NCBI RefSeq assembly: GCF_032191835.1
Contig: NC_083237.1
Coordinates: forward strand, 22,568,001-22,632,000
Origin: Heteronotia binoei
Taxonomy: Eukaryota
Direction of reading: 5' to 3'
DNA: 64,000 nucleotides
The notes under the pieces were generated by a model. That model saw nothing but the letters and a program-made list of their open reading frames with translations. It was not told the DNA's origin and made no database searches. Shown in pieces: positions 47,201 through 56,925 of this stretch. How positions within the stretch are numbered: the stretch's first letter is position 1; the number at the start of each line of letters is the position of its first letter. The translations under genes were made by a program, and so were the position numbers.

Positions 47201-49660
47201 GAAGTTTACAGCTGTGACACAGAAGAGGGGGTTAGAGCCATACATTTAGTCTCTGGAGGGCCAGATACTTCCCAGATGTGGGACAATTAAAACTGAGACT
47301 GCGCCAGGACGAGTCCCCAGATATATTCCAAGCATCTTATTCACTGCTGAAAAAAAGTTAAATGATGTCACTGAACATGTGCAGGGGGCCTTGATCACTC
47401 ATGCCTGACGGCTAGCCTGCAAACTTCTGGATACAGGAAAGGGTTTCTAGGCAGGCAAAATTGAAAAAGCTAACCAGCTGAGACACCTTGGCCACACCTG
47501 GGAGTATATAAGCCCCCCCCATCAGAGCAAAGCAGCCTATTTAGAGTGCCAGAAGTCCCAAGTGCTCTGATAGGATATGCCAAGATTCTGACTCCTCCTC
47601 CTCTGCCACAGGCTCCGCCCTCTGGATATAGCATTCTTGCATGCCATCCACAACAAAGTCAATATTGTGCCTGTAATTGGAAAGGCTGATTGCTTGACTC
47701 TAACAGAGGTACAACAGAAGAAAGAGAAGGTGAGGCGCCTGAAGGGTGTGGTGGAAGGGAACCTCAAATCTCAGGGTCCTGGAATTGATTAATGGAGCAG
47801 AGTGATGAATGGAGCAGAGAAATCCTCCATCCAAAAGTAATAAAACCTACTTGAAATATCATGCCAGGAGAAAAACAGATGTCTCTGCTGCTGGGACTCT
47901 TGTATCCCGGTTTTACCCCTCTACTCCCACAGCTGCCTTTCATGGCTGTTTAACTGCTTGTTTCAACTCCTTTGACCCTGCAGATCCGGCAAGAGTTAGA
48001 AGAAAATGGGATCACCATTTATGAGTTTCCTGAGTGTGACTCGGATGAAGATGAAGAGTTCAAAGCTCAGGATGCTGAGATGAAGGTGAGAATTGGATGG
48101 TTGGCAGCTGAGCTCTTGTGTGTTCGGGGTTTCTTCAGAGGGAGATGGAGCACTAAAACTTACATACCCAATTTGTGTTATCCCTGTAGCATAGCATCCC
48201 CTTTGCTGTCATTGGATCTAGCCAGGTTGTTAGAGAGTTGAAGGACAAAGTATTCCGAGGAAGGCAATATCCCTGGGGAACAGTGGAAGGTAAGCTGCAT
48301 TCATGGGAGGGACCAGCAGATGGCACTGTGCCACAGGAAGCCGCTGATGCTACTTCCCCTTTTGTCACCCCCTAGTGGAGAATTCTGCTCACTGCGACTT
48401 TCTCAAACTTCGGAACATGCTGATTCAAACCCATATGCAGGACTTAAAGGATGTAACCCATGAAGTCCATTATGAAAACTACCGTGCACAATGCATCCAG
48501 AGCCTGACCAGAACTGGGGCTCGGGATCGCAGCAGCCGCGCGTAAGAAAATTCTGGGGTGCCAAAATCATCTTCGAGGGGAGGGACACTGGTCCAAGAGG
48601 ATAAAGACTCAATTAAGGAATCAATAAAAAGGGAGCCTCTTTTACAATTTAAGATTAGATAATCTATAACTTTAGAGCAATGTTCCCTCTAAGCTGCAGA
48701 ATCTTGTGAGCAAAAATTCTTTGTGAGCTACTGGTATTAAAGTGGGCTGCTGCATAAATTATCGTGCTCTGGGGCCATTTTTCCTGAGCTACGACAAAAG
48801 TATGTGAGCTGGAGGCTAAAAATCTGTGCGCTAGCTCACTCTAACTCAGCTTAGAGGGAACACTGCTTTAGAGTATCATTGGGTCTACCTCACAGTATCT
48901 TAAAAATGGCTAGCAATTGCAAGCGTCATTAGGTAATCACCAGACGGTCAATAATCAACTGCTTTGTAAAGACTGAGAAAGAGAGGTTTGTGTGAAGGTG
49001 AGAGAACTTTCTGGGAACTGATACTTGTCATCCGGTTAACTGGCTTTTATCAGATTGACCAGGAAACCTGCTTTACATGAAAAGGAGCTGGGTTTTATAA
49101 AATCCTTGTTAGTCATCAACAAAGGACAGGTTTCAACATAGGGCCAGGGGTGGGGGTGGAGAAAATGCTGCTCAGAGTGGTTGAACACAAAACTGATGAC
49201 TGAAAGGGAGGCCTTTACAAGGAGGCAGGATTCCTGGCTTCTAAGCAGCTCTCTGTTGCCTTTCTAGGAAGCTCTCTCGTCAAAGTGCTACTGAGCTGCC
49301 ACTTCTGCCCCTGAATGCTGAGACAGAGAAATTAATCCGTGAGAAAGATGAGGAGGTGAGTCTCTGGGGAATGGCCCTTTTGCCTGAAGCAGGTCTGTGC
49401 TTTTTAAAATCCTGTTTTCTGCTGGAGTCCGTGATCAGAGATCAGGGGGCAACAGACTCCTGTACGGTCACCTGGCCCCTTACTGGCCGCTCAATCTCAG
49501 CAGTGGGCAAAGTGTCAACAACTGCCGTCTTAACCCACCTCCCCCTTGGGCAATCTCAGCCTCTATCTCTTTTGCCCAGCTCCGCCGAATGCAGGAAATG
49601 TTACAGAGGATGAAGGAACAGATGTTGCAGAGTCAAGTGGAGCAATCAGACAGTCTCTGA
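44251..49660 (+). CDS. SEPTIN1: Septin-1, complete, 11 coding exons
   Basis: Exons 44251-44253 (ATG|GTAAGT), 44385-44475, 45540-45626, 46253-46376, 47054-47188, 47612-47729, 47984-48085, 48190-48289, 48376-48541, 49268-49355 and 49580-49660 are all GT/AG and in phase. Motifs: [18 protein letters not shown] (G1), DTPG (G3), VIGKAD (G4), [23 protein letters not shown], matching recalled SEPT1 termini. Confidence 0.93.
44385..44475 (+). CDS. SEPTIN1: SEPTIN1 exon 2
   Basis: [30 protein letters not shown]. Confidence 0.93.
45540..45626 (+). CDS. SEPTIN1: SEPTIN1 exon 3 (P-loop)
   Basis: [29 protein letters not shown]. Confidence 0.93.
46253..46376 (+). CDS. SEPTIN1: SEPTIN1 exon 4
   Basis: [40 protein letters not shown]. 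Confidence 0.93.
46805..46980. mobile_element. Palindromic MITE (CAGGGCTTTTTT family) in SEPTIN1 intron 4
   Basis: TTGTAGCAGGAACTCCTTTGCATATTAGGCCAC and its reverse complement. Confidence 0.75.
47054..47188 (+). CDS. SEPTIN1: SEPTIN1 exon 5
   Basis: [44 protein letters not shown]. Confidence 0.93.
47612..47729 (+). CDS. SEPTIN1: SEPTIN1 exon 6
   Basis: [39 protein letters not shown]. Confidence 0.93.
47984..48085 (+). CDS. SEPTIN1: SEPTIN1 exon 7
   Basis: [34 protein letters not shown]. Confidence 0.93.
48190..48289 (+). CDS. SEPTIN1: SEPTIN1 exon 8
   Basis: [33 protein letters not shown]. Confidence 0.93.
48376..48541 (+). CDS. SEPTIN1: SEPTIN1 exon 9
   Basis: [55 protein letters not shown]. 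Confidence 0.93.
48678..48865. mobile_element. hAT MITE (CAGTGTTCCCTCTAAGCT family) in SEPTIN1 intron 9
   Basis: TIRs; perfect TSD CTTTAGAG. Confidence 0.88.
49268..49355 (+). CDS. SEPTIN1: SEPTIN1 exon 10
   Basis: [29 protein letters not shown]. Confidence 0.92.
49580..49660 (+). CDS. SEPTIN1: SEPTIN1 exon 11 (last coding exon)
   Basis: [26 protein letters not shown]. Confidence 0.92.
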   Translation, partial: LRRMQEMLQRMKEQMLQSQVEQSDSL

Positions 49661-49909
49661 AAGATACCAAAGGAACTTCCTGCATTTTCCCCCTGACTTC
49701 CATATGGCAAGTGACTGAAGAAACTCTTTAGCACTGGAGATCACAGGGTCAATGTTGACGTTCTGGGGGTGGGGGGAAGAGAAGTAGGGATAGAAGACTC
49801 TTAGGCAATCCAGTTGGAGATTTTCCTATCTCTTACTCATGTATACATCCTTCTTTCTTCTCAGTATAATCAAAGCTGTGATGATAGTTCACAGGCGTGC
49901 AATTGCTTC

Positions 49910-49915
49910 AATAAA
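49910..49915 (+). terminator. Probable SEPTIN1 polyadenylation signal
   Basis: AATAAA 250 nt after the stop codon. Confidence 0.6.
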
Positions 49916-51074
49916 CTGCAAGAGCATTCAAAGAAAGTAAAATATATTTTTGCACAATGTAAAGTTCATGGAGACATCTAAAGTTCACAACTGATTTACC
50001 CACTTTTCATACTGACATCTGTTTCTCACCGAAGACTTGTCCCCAAAGGTACCTGTCCGTCAGGGTGTCTCTACCCTATCTATTCTCAAACAGATGTGTC
50101 TCTACGAATCCATTTCCTCTGCCCCCCCAACACCTGCAAGAACTATCTGTTTATCTAGAAATACACACCATGCTGTCCGCAGACCCTCTACAAACAGAGA
50201 GGCTGCAATATTACGGCAGACAGTTCTCTGAGGTGATATGGGTAATTTTAAGAACTGAGTAGCTAGTGGTAACTCAACCAGGCGATCAACCAGACGGGAC
50301 ACAGTTCTCAAGCAAAGAAAACTTTATGCTAGAGTAATGGACTGTGAGTCTGCATTCTAATGCTAAACCCAAAACAACCAATTGAGGGGGGGGGGGGGGA
50401 GTGTGAACAAGGACACAGTGGAGGCAACCAGCCTGAGCAGGGGAATAGATTGTGGGGGGGCAGATGTGCTGCTTAACCCTTTCCCTTCCTGCTCTTTTGT
50501 CACTCAAAATCCGTCACCATTCAGCTCCTTTTCCACTCGTGGATAGAAAGGATGCCTCTTCCCCGGTGGCTGGAACCAAAAGGACTGTGCAGCCTTCTCC
50601 CCTGCCAAAACTGGCTGCTTTCCCCAGGAATATACACAGTAAAGCTGCCATATGCAATCTGCTCTGTAACATCCAGCTTTCTCCTGACACTTGACCAGCC
50701 CAAAGCCACAGCATCTAGAAGTTCAGCTGCCTTTTCAAAGCCATGTCTGAAAGGGCAAGACGGACTTTTGCTTGCTCGGTTAGTTTCTAGAGGCAACTGA
50801 AGTATATGACAACTTGTAAAGAGGAGCAAGGAAGTAACAGCAGACCAGCTTATGCTTCCCCTCCCAACCCATTACGCACTAATTGGATATCAGGACAATG
50901 ATATCCAATCCAATGGCTAAAATGAGATAGGGGCATGCTTGGAACTGAAAATCTGGATGAGGCCTAACATCACAACCGCATACTCTGTCCCTCCTGACTT
51001 GAAACTAGAGCCAAAGAACCTTTCAAGGCCACAGTTAAGTTTCTGTCCTGCTCCGGAACAGGCAGGGGCAAGTC

Positions 51075-53535
51075 CTACTGCTGATACTCCGTGTACTTCT
51101 TGGACGAGCCGTAGACTTTCTCGGCCGGGTATTTGAGGTGATTCTTCTCTATTTTACGGAGGGCGGCAGAAGGAAGGTCCACATGGCACTTGTCAGCCAG
51201 GGCCACCAGGTAAATGAGGACGTCACTGAGCTCATCGGAGAGGGCTTCACGCTCTGATTCCATCCATCCCGGTAGGCCTTCAGGGGTTTCAGGCCTCCAC
51301 TGGCTGAGAACACACAAACAAAGCTGGGTGAAGCCTCAGCTGGGCCCAGGTTATGAAGAGCCTGAAAGGCAGCGTGTAATATTGAAAACCAAGAGGTGTT
51401 GGGGTCTGACCCTAATTTGAAGTTTCATCTTCTGCCCCACACACCATTCTTTGTCGTAGCTCAAGTCATCTAGGCTAGATGGCCATCTGACAGCAATGAA
51501 GATCCTGTGAATTTAGGGGGAAGTGTTTACGAGTTTCCTGCATTGTGTAGGGGGTTGGACTAGTTGACCCTAGAGGTCCCTTCCAACTCTATGATTCTAT
51601 AAAGCATTTTATATGGAACTGCCATGTGTTTGTTGATCCATCTATCTCCTCAAGACTTTATCTCAAGAGCAACAAATTATGTGTCATTTTTTCATTACTG
51701 TGCGATTTTCAAATCTGTGGAACGTTATGAGCGGGGCTTTTTTTATAGCAGGAACTCCTTTGCATATTAGGCCGCACACCCCTGATGTAGCCAATCCTCC
51801 AAGAGCTTTCAGAGCCTACTGTAAGCTCCAGGAGAACTGGTTACATCAGGGGGTGTGGCCTAATATGTAAAGGAGTTCCTGCTAGGAAAAAAGCCCTGGT
51901 TATGACTGTGGTTTCTCTTGCGGGAACAGGGGTTCAGGCAGGCAGGTTTCCTCACAATAAACACAGAAATCATGATTAGGAGAAGATCAGCATCTTGCAT
52001 CTTTGCTTACAGCAACAAAACCCAGCCATGTAAATGCAAACAAACAATTTACACTTGACTGCACCATGTATGTGTTGTGCCATTTAAGCTCAGGTAAATG
52101 CTTTATCCATGTTCTAAGAGGTGGGCTGTGGTTCAAGAAGACAGCATCTGTTTTGTACGCAGAATGTCTCAGGTTCAATCCCTGCCATCTCCAGTTAAGA
52201 GGATTATGTTGTGGGCAGTGTTTCCTCTAAGCTGAGCTCATATGAGCTAGCTCAGTTTTTTAGCCTCCAACTCACACATTTTTGTCTTAGCTCAGCCTGC
52301 TCAGGAAGCACGGCCCCCTGAACACACTAATTTATGCAGTAGCTCAAAACTTTCATGTCAGCAGCTCACAAAGTAGAATTTTCGCTTACAAGACTCTACA
52401 GCTTAGAGGGAACACTGGTCGTGGATGACATGAAAGACTTCTGCCTGGGACACTGGAGAGAGATTGCCAATCCGAATAGACAAAACTGACTTTGATGGAC
52501 CAATGGACTGGTTTTGGCAAAGTAATGCCTAGCCATCCATTTAATTAAAAAGCCTAAGCACAGGCAACCCTCAGCTCCCAAACTCCCGTCTCCAGGTAGG
52601 GTTGTGGCTTCTTCCAAATTAAAATGTGATGGGAGTATGGAGATCAACACCGCCAAGGACATAACTATCGGCCTCCCCCTTCTTCCACCCCCTGCCCCTT
52701 CCCAAGTATTGCTTTTCGGCAGGCTGAGCAGCAATTCCCTCCTTGGTACTCACAAGAGCTCAGCCACTTCCCCCACCTCCCCAACGAGGGCAAGAAGCAG
52801 ATTCCGAGGCTGGTGGTACTTTCCCCAGCCCCTCTCGGCAGCAAAGGCAGACTGGAGGCTTCGGCTGGGGGAGAGAAAGGAAAAGAGGGATGAGGCCAGG
52901 AATGGAGGTTGTGCATGTGCACATGTGCATACAGAAGGCTTCAGAAAGAATGGGGGAATGAAACAGTTGGAACACCTGAAGATGAACAAGGTTATGGGGA
53001 CGCTCACTCTCTCCTAAACCACATTATGGGGAGACGGAATGCAAAGTGGGCAGCCCATAAACAAAACTCATGCAACACTATGTCACATGACATGACCTTG
53101 AATCAAGACCAACCGAAATATTATGAGACTTTTTAGATTTTGCTATGGGACGACATAGCGACATCACAGCAAAATCCAACTCCTTTTCCAGGGTTTTCAA
53201 TTGAGCCAGAGCTCTATTCACATATATCTGTATATGCACATCAGCAACATGTGCAAGTCAAGGGCTGGAAATTGCCACTCTGATACAGCTGCTTCCTTCC
53301 CTTGAATGGACACTCAGCCTACCCAGAATGCTTTGTGTGATGCGGCCTTATCAACTGAGACTGAGTTCTGGGGTGGGGTAGGGTGGAAGAGGGGCAAGGA
53401 ATCTTACATGTCTTCCAAGGTGGGCTCACTACTGAACTGAAACGTCTTTGCTGAATTTCCAGCCCCATCTTCCACTATCGCTTCATCTGTTTTTTCTACT
53501 TTTATATCCAAAGAACTGGCTGAAGAGTGCAGAGC
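51075..53535 (-). CDS. DCTPP1: dCTP pyrophosphatase 1 (MazG-like), conserved exons
   Basis: Exons 53408-53535 (..TFQFSSEPTLED), 52754-52864 (RSLQSAFAAERGWGKYHQPRNLLLALVGEVGEVAEL) and 51075-51303 (QWRP..DELSDVLIYLVALADKCHVDL..KYTEYQQ*) are GT/AG and in phase. There is no in-frame ATG in 53408-53535. Confidence 0.93.
51732..51898. mobile_element. Palindromic hAT MITE (CAGGGCTTTTTT family)
   Basis: Long inverted arms; TSD GTTATGAG/GTTATGAC (7/8). Relatives at about 17829-17975, 24668-24852, 26690-26796, 27880-28040, 29236-29356 and 46805-46980. Confidence 0.8.
52216..52417. mobile_element. hAT MITE (CAGTGTTCCCTCTAAGCT family) in a DCTPP1 intron
   Basis: TIRs; TSD GTTGTGGG/GTCGTGGA (6/8). Confidence 0.82.
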
Positions 53536-53880
53536 CTAGTGAGGAAAAATAATAATCATGTAACTCTTAGTTTGCACCAAAGAATGAAGCAACTTCCCCA
53601 TCAGTTAAAAACTGGACAGCAGGTAGCTCTGTAGGTGAGGCACTTGGCCCTACTCCATGTGCCACTGGAGCTTTCGGGTAGAGAAGAGCAGCTCAGTTCA
53701 AGTTGGGGCACTGTGGCCACAGCCCACCACCATCCTGGTTCTGGGAATCAGGTAGTAGGCAGCCAATCTCATATTGCTGCCTGCTTTAAAGATCTGCCGT
53801 TCTGCTCTTTTGTTAAGATAACCTGGTGCTCAGGGAAGCCACCAAGCTCGGAACTGCCCATCCACCAGGCCCAGATTTAC

Positions 53881-53901
53881 CTGCCTTTGAAACAGACACA
53901 T
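53881..53901 (-). CDS. Candidate 21-nt micro-exon (MCLFQRQ), phase 0-0
   Basis: gtttgtgtttccattgctgtag|ATGTGTCTGTTTCAAAGGCAG|gtaaat. Confidence 0.3.
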
Positions 53902-54234
53902 CTACAGCAATGGAAACACAAACACACAGCAGAACCCACCTCTCTTTCAGCATTACAATTTACTCACAGGATACACCCCATCTATTAGTTACATCTTCCC
54001 TTGTGTGGTGCTCAGAGACCCAGAAGACTTCAAGGTACCAGACCCAGCTTCTGTTTACGCTCCTCGGAGGGTAATGCGCTGTCCAAGAGCCAGGGCTCAC
54101 ATACCCAAAACCTGTCTTGATTTTTATTCTCCATATTGCAAGCCAAACAAAGCCCTTCAAATCCCTCCTACTCTTAGCTGATCTTTTTCCTACACTGGAC
54201 TTCTTGAATGGTGGCATGTTTGAGCATACCAAGC

Positions 54235-54410
54235 TAGCCCAGCCTCATTAGATCTTGGCAGCTAAGTAGGGTTAGTAAGCCCAGGCTAATCTTGGATGGG
54301 AGAGCACCAAGGAAGCCAGGGTCATGACACAGAGGCAGGCAATGGCAAACTACCTCTGAGCATCTCTTGCCCTGAATACCTCAAGGGTTAACTACGTGAC
54401 AGGACTTTCA
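54235..54410 (+). mobile_element. 5S rRNA-derived SINE in the predicted DCTPP1 intron 1
   Basis: TAGATCTTGGCAGCTAAGTAGGG..CTTGGATGGGAGAGCACC plus the GGCAATGGCAAAC tail. Confidence 0.68.
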
Positions 54411-54929
54411 ACTACCACCACCACCAGAGGGGCTAGAGAAGCAAGGATATGACTTCAGCCAGGCCTCAGGGCTCTCTCCCACAAGTTCCTGTGCAGAAGC
54501 AGCTTCTAGGTGGGAAATGGCTTGAACCCCACACATGGTTCATTACATATTATGAATATTCATATTCTCATTTTGCCACATCTCCCCTCAGCAAGACTCT
54601 GGTGCCAGCTGTGCGCAAACAGGAATGTGACAGATTATATACATGGTTTGCAGTCAGATTTGCCAAAGGGATTCTGGGTCAGACATTTACCTAAAGTACC
54701 AGCAATGCTTTGCCACTCATTCGTGCACTACCCTCGAAGTTGGAGGGAGCCCATCCTACTCATTTCAAGTTCCCAAGCCTTTTTAGCTATCTATTTTGCT
54801 TTCTCTCCACTTGGCCAAGCCTCCATCACAGGATCGCTGTGCGGATAAAATGAAAGAAGAGCCATGTACACCACCTTGAGCTCCCTGGGAACAGGATAAA
54901 CATGACAGAGCATATACAGCATGACCCAC

Positions 54930-55900
54930 GCCGAGAGAGAAAGATACTCCACCTTATCGGCTTCAGTCGAGCCATCGGTTTCTAAAAACACAGCTCGCTT
55001 TTGGTTCTGCATTCGAATGCTGCGCATGTGCCCTCCTCCCGCCGCGTGCTGCCTCACATCGCACACCCCACCGTGAGAGATGGAGAAGTCCCTATTGCAA
55101 GCACTGCAGCGCGCTTTTAGAGCGTTATCCTGCACTTTGTGCAGCCACGGAAACCCTTTCTCCCACTCCTGCCGGTATTTCTGCATCCGCCTGCCTTTCT
55201 TGGCTGGAGGCTGTGCATGCGGCGATGCCATGACCCTCGGAAAGGAGCCCGGAGCTCTTCACAATCCACCCGGCTCGGCAGCAGCGGGCATGGAAGTGGA
55301 TTCTGATTGGATAGCAGCGGCATGGCAGGGAGGAAGGACAATCTGTGACCCAATCAAAGTTGGGAAACGTAAGGGGGTATCTGCACCCAATCGCTGAAAA
55401 GTAACGAAGGCGGGAGGAGCAGGTTGTAAAGCTTCTCACGAGAGGACAGGCAGAGAGAGTGTCCAATCAGAAGCCACCTGTAGCTAATACATTTTTTTTT
55501 TAATAAAAGGTAGGGAGGAAGACTCACAAAGGAAACTTTTATATGTTGAAATTTTAACCTTGATTCTGGAAAAGGAAATAATTTTCTTACAAAGAGACCG
55601 AAAGTATTCTGAACTCACAATTCCCACCAATGGTAGCCAGACTCTGGAATATGCAGACCCAATAAGAATGCAGTATTCTGGTTTCTCTTTTGCGATTGGT
55701 GTTGACTCTTGAACACACACACACAGGCTAGCCAATGGAGAAGGGCGGGTGAATCTGCTTTAGGAAAACACGCGCTAGACCTGGTAGCGCGCGAAAATGT
55801 GGTGTTGCGTGGAGTCCAAGTGTATTACCGAAGGGTTTTTTTCTTCACGCAGTGGCCTCTTTTTGGGGTATAGGTTTTTTTCTTCCGTCATGCAGAGCAT
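54930..55900. promoter_or_regulatory. CpG-rich, probably bidirectional promoter region between DCTPP1 (-) and QPRT (+)
   Basis: CpG-dense compared with the flanks; several CCAAT boxes (about 55305, 55350, 55387, 55463, 55733); GC box near 55743; E2F-type GCGCGAAA at 55789-55796. Confidence 0.6.
54953..55231 (-). CDS. Candidate first coding exon: NLS-like motif plus BED/TTF-like C2H2 zinc finger of transposase type; predicted to splice to DCTPP1
   Basis: Strong-Kozak ATG (GTCATGG) in a CpG island. Peptide: PPAKKGRR, KYRQEWEKGFPWL, C-x2-C-x16-H-x5-H (CSAC..FSISHGGVCDVRQHAAGGGH). Phase-0 donor AAG|GTGGAG is non-consensus at +4/+5. Confidence 0.6.
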
Positions 55901-56729
55901 GTGGTTATTAAACAATTTATATATATAAAAAAATTGGCAGTTCCCATCCTTAACGCAAGACCCCTGGCTACAGATAGATCCAGGTGGGCAGCCGTTTTGG
56001 TCTGAAACAATAGAACAAAGTTGGAGTCCAGAGGCACCTTTAAGACCAACAAAGATTTATGGCCAAACTTGTTTGACGTCAGAGGCACATAAAATAAACG
56101 TCAGATGTTTGAGAGCCACAAGACATGAATGTCAGATGTTTGAGAGTTGCAAGGAAGGAAGGCAAAAAGGCAGGAGTGGAAAGAAAGCAACTTTAACTTT
56201 AAATGCATTCTCCAAGACACAGGCTGACTGGGCTTAGAGAATTTGTTTAAAGAGAGAAATGCCTTCTCCAAGCCAGGTGGTGGGGGCTTCAAGAGCCATA
56301 TGTGTGAAAGAGCCACATGTGGCTCCTGAGTCTCAGTTTGGCCACCCCTGGTCTGAAGGTGCTGCTGGATTCCCACTTTGCAAAATCCCTGTATTATAAT
56401 TATTTGGGAAAGAGGCTTTTCGATAGACATCCTGCTTCCCTGGCAAGTTGCTTCTTTTCGTTTCCTCCCTGTTTCAGGGAGGGCTGCCAACATTTCTTGC
56501 TTAATTCCTTCTCCTTCACTAGGGCGCCTGTCTGTCTCCTGGATCAGTTCAGGGTCGGAGGCTTTCATTGCTGTTTTTCATATTCCTTTTTATATTTTAT
56601 GTAATATGCAATGACAACAATTTGAAAAATTAACAGTCTGCCTATGGAGAGAGGGGAAACCAGTAGTTAAAGGCATTTTCCAATTGTTATTGCTTTGCCT
56701 TTTAATATTTTAAACAGTAGCTGCTTTGG

Positions 56730-56925
56730 TGTCCAGGCCAGCCTGATCTGGTCAGATCTTGGAAGCTAAGTAGGGTTGGCCCCAGCTAGTATTTGGCTGG
56801 GAGACCACCAAGGAAGTCAGGGTCTCCCCACACTGAGGCAGGCAATGGGAAACCACCACCTCTGAACATCTCTTGCCTTTAAAACCCTCTGGGGTTGCCA
56901 TAAGCCAGCTGTGGCTTGACAGCAC
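56730..56925 (+). mobile_element. 5S rRNA-derived SINE
   Basis: GATCTGGTCAGATCTTGGAAGCTAAGTAGGG..TAGTATTTGGCTGGGAGACCACC plus the GGCAATGGGAAACCACC tail. Confidence 0.72.

Noticed and set aside
49916-51074. Overlap of the SEPTIN1 and DCTPP1 3' UTRs
   Set aside because: No canonical minus-strand AATAAA was found to fix the DCTPP1 3' end, so overlap can be neither shown nor excluded from sequence.
53968-54060. Extra DCTPP1 5' exon ending at CCT|GTGAGT
   Set aside because: It would leave a 66-nt intron before the micro-exon and has no convincing acceptor.
54791-54952. C-terminal 53 aa of the listed 146-aa finger ORF
   Set aside because: Resemblance to transposase fingers ends at DKV and the composition looks intronic; treated as read-through past the donor, though a single-exon product cannot be excluded.
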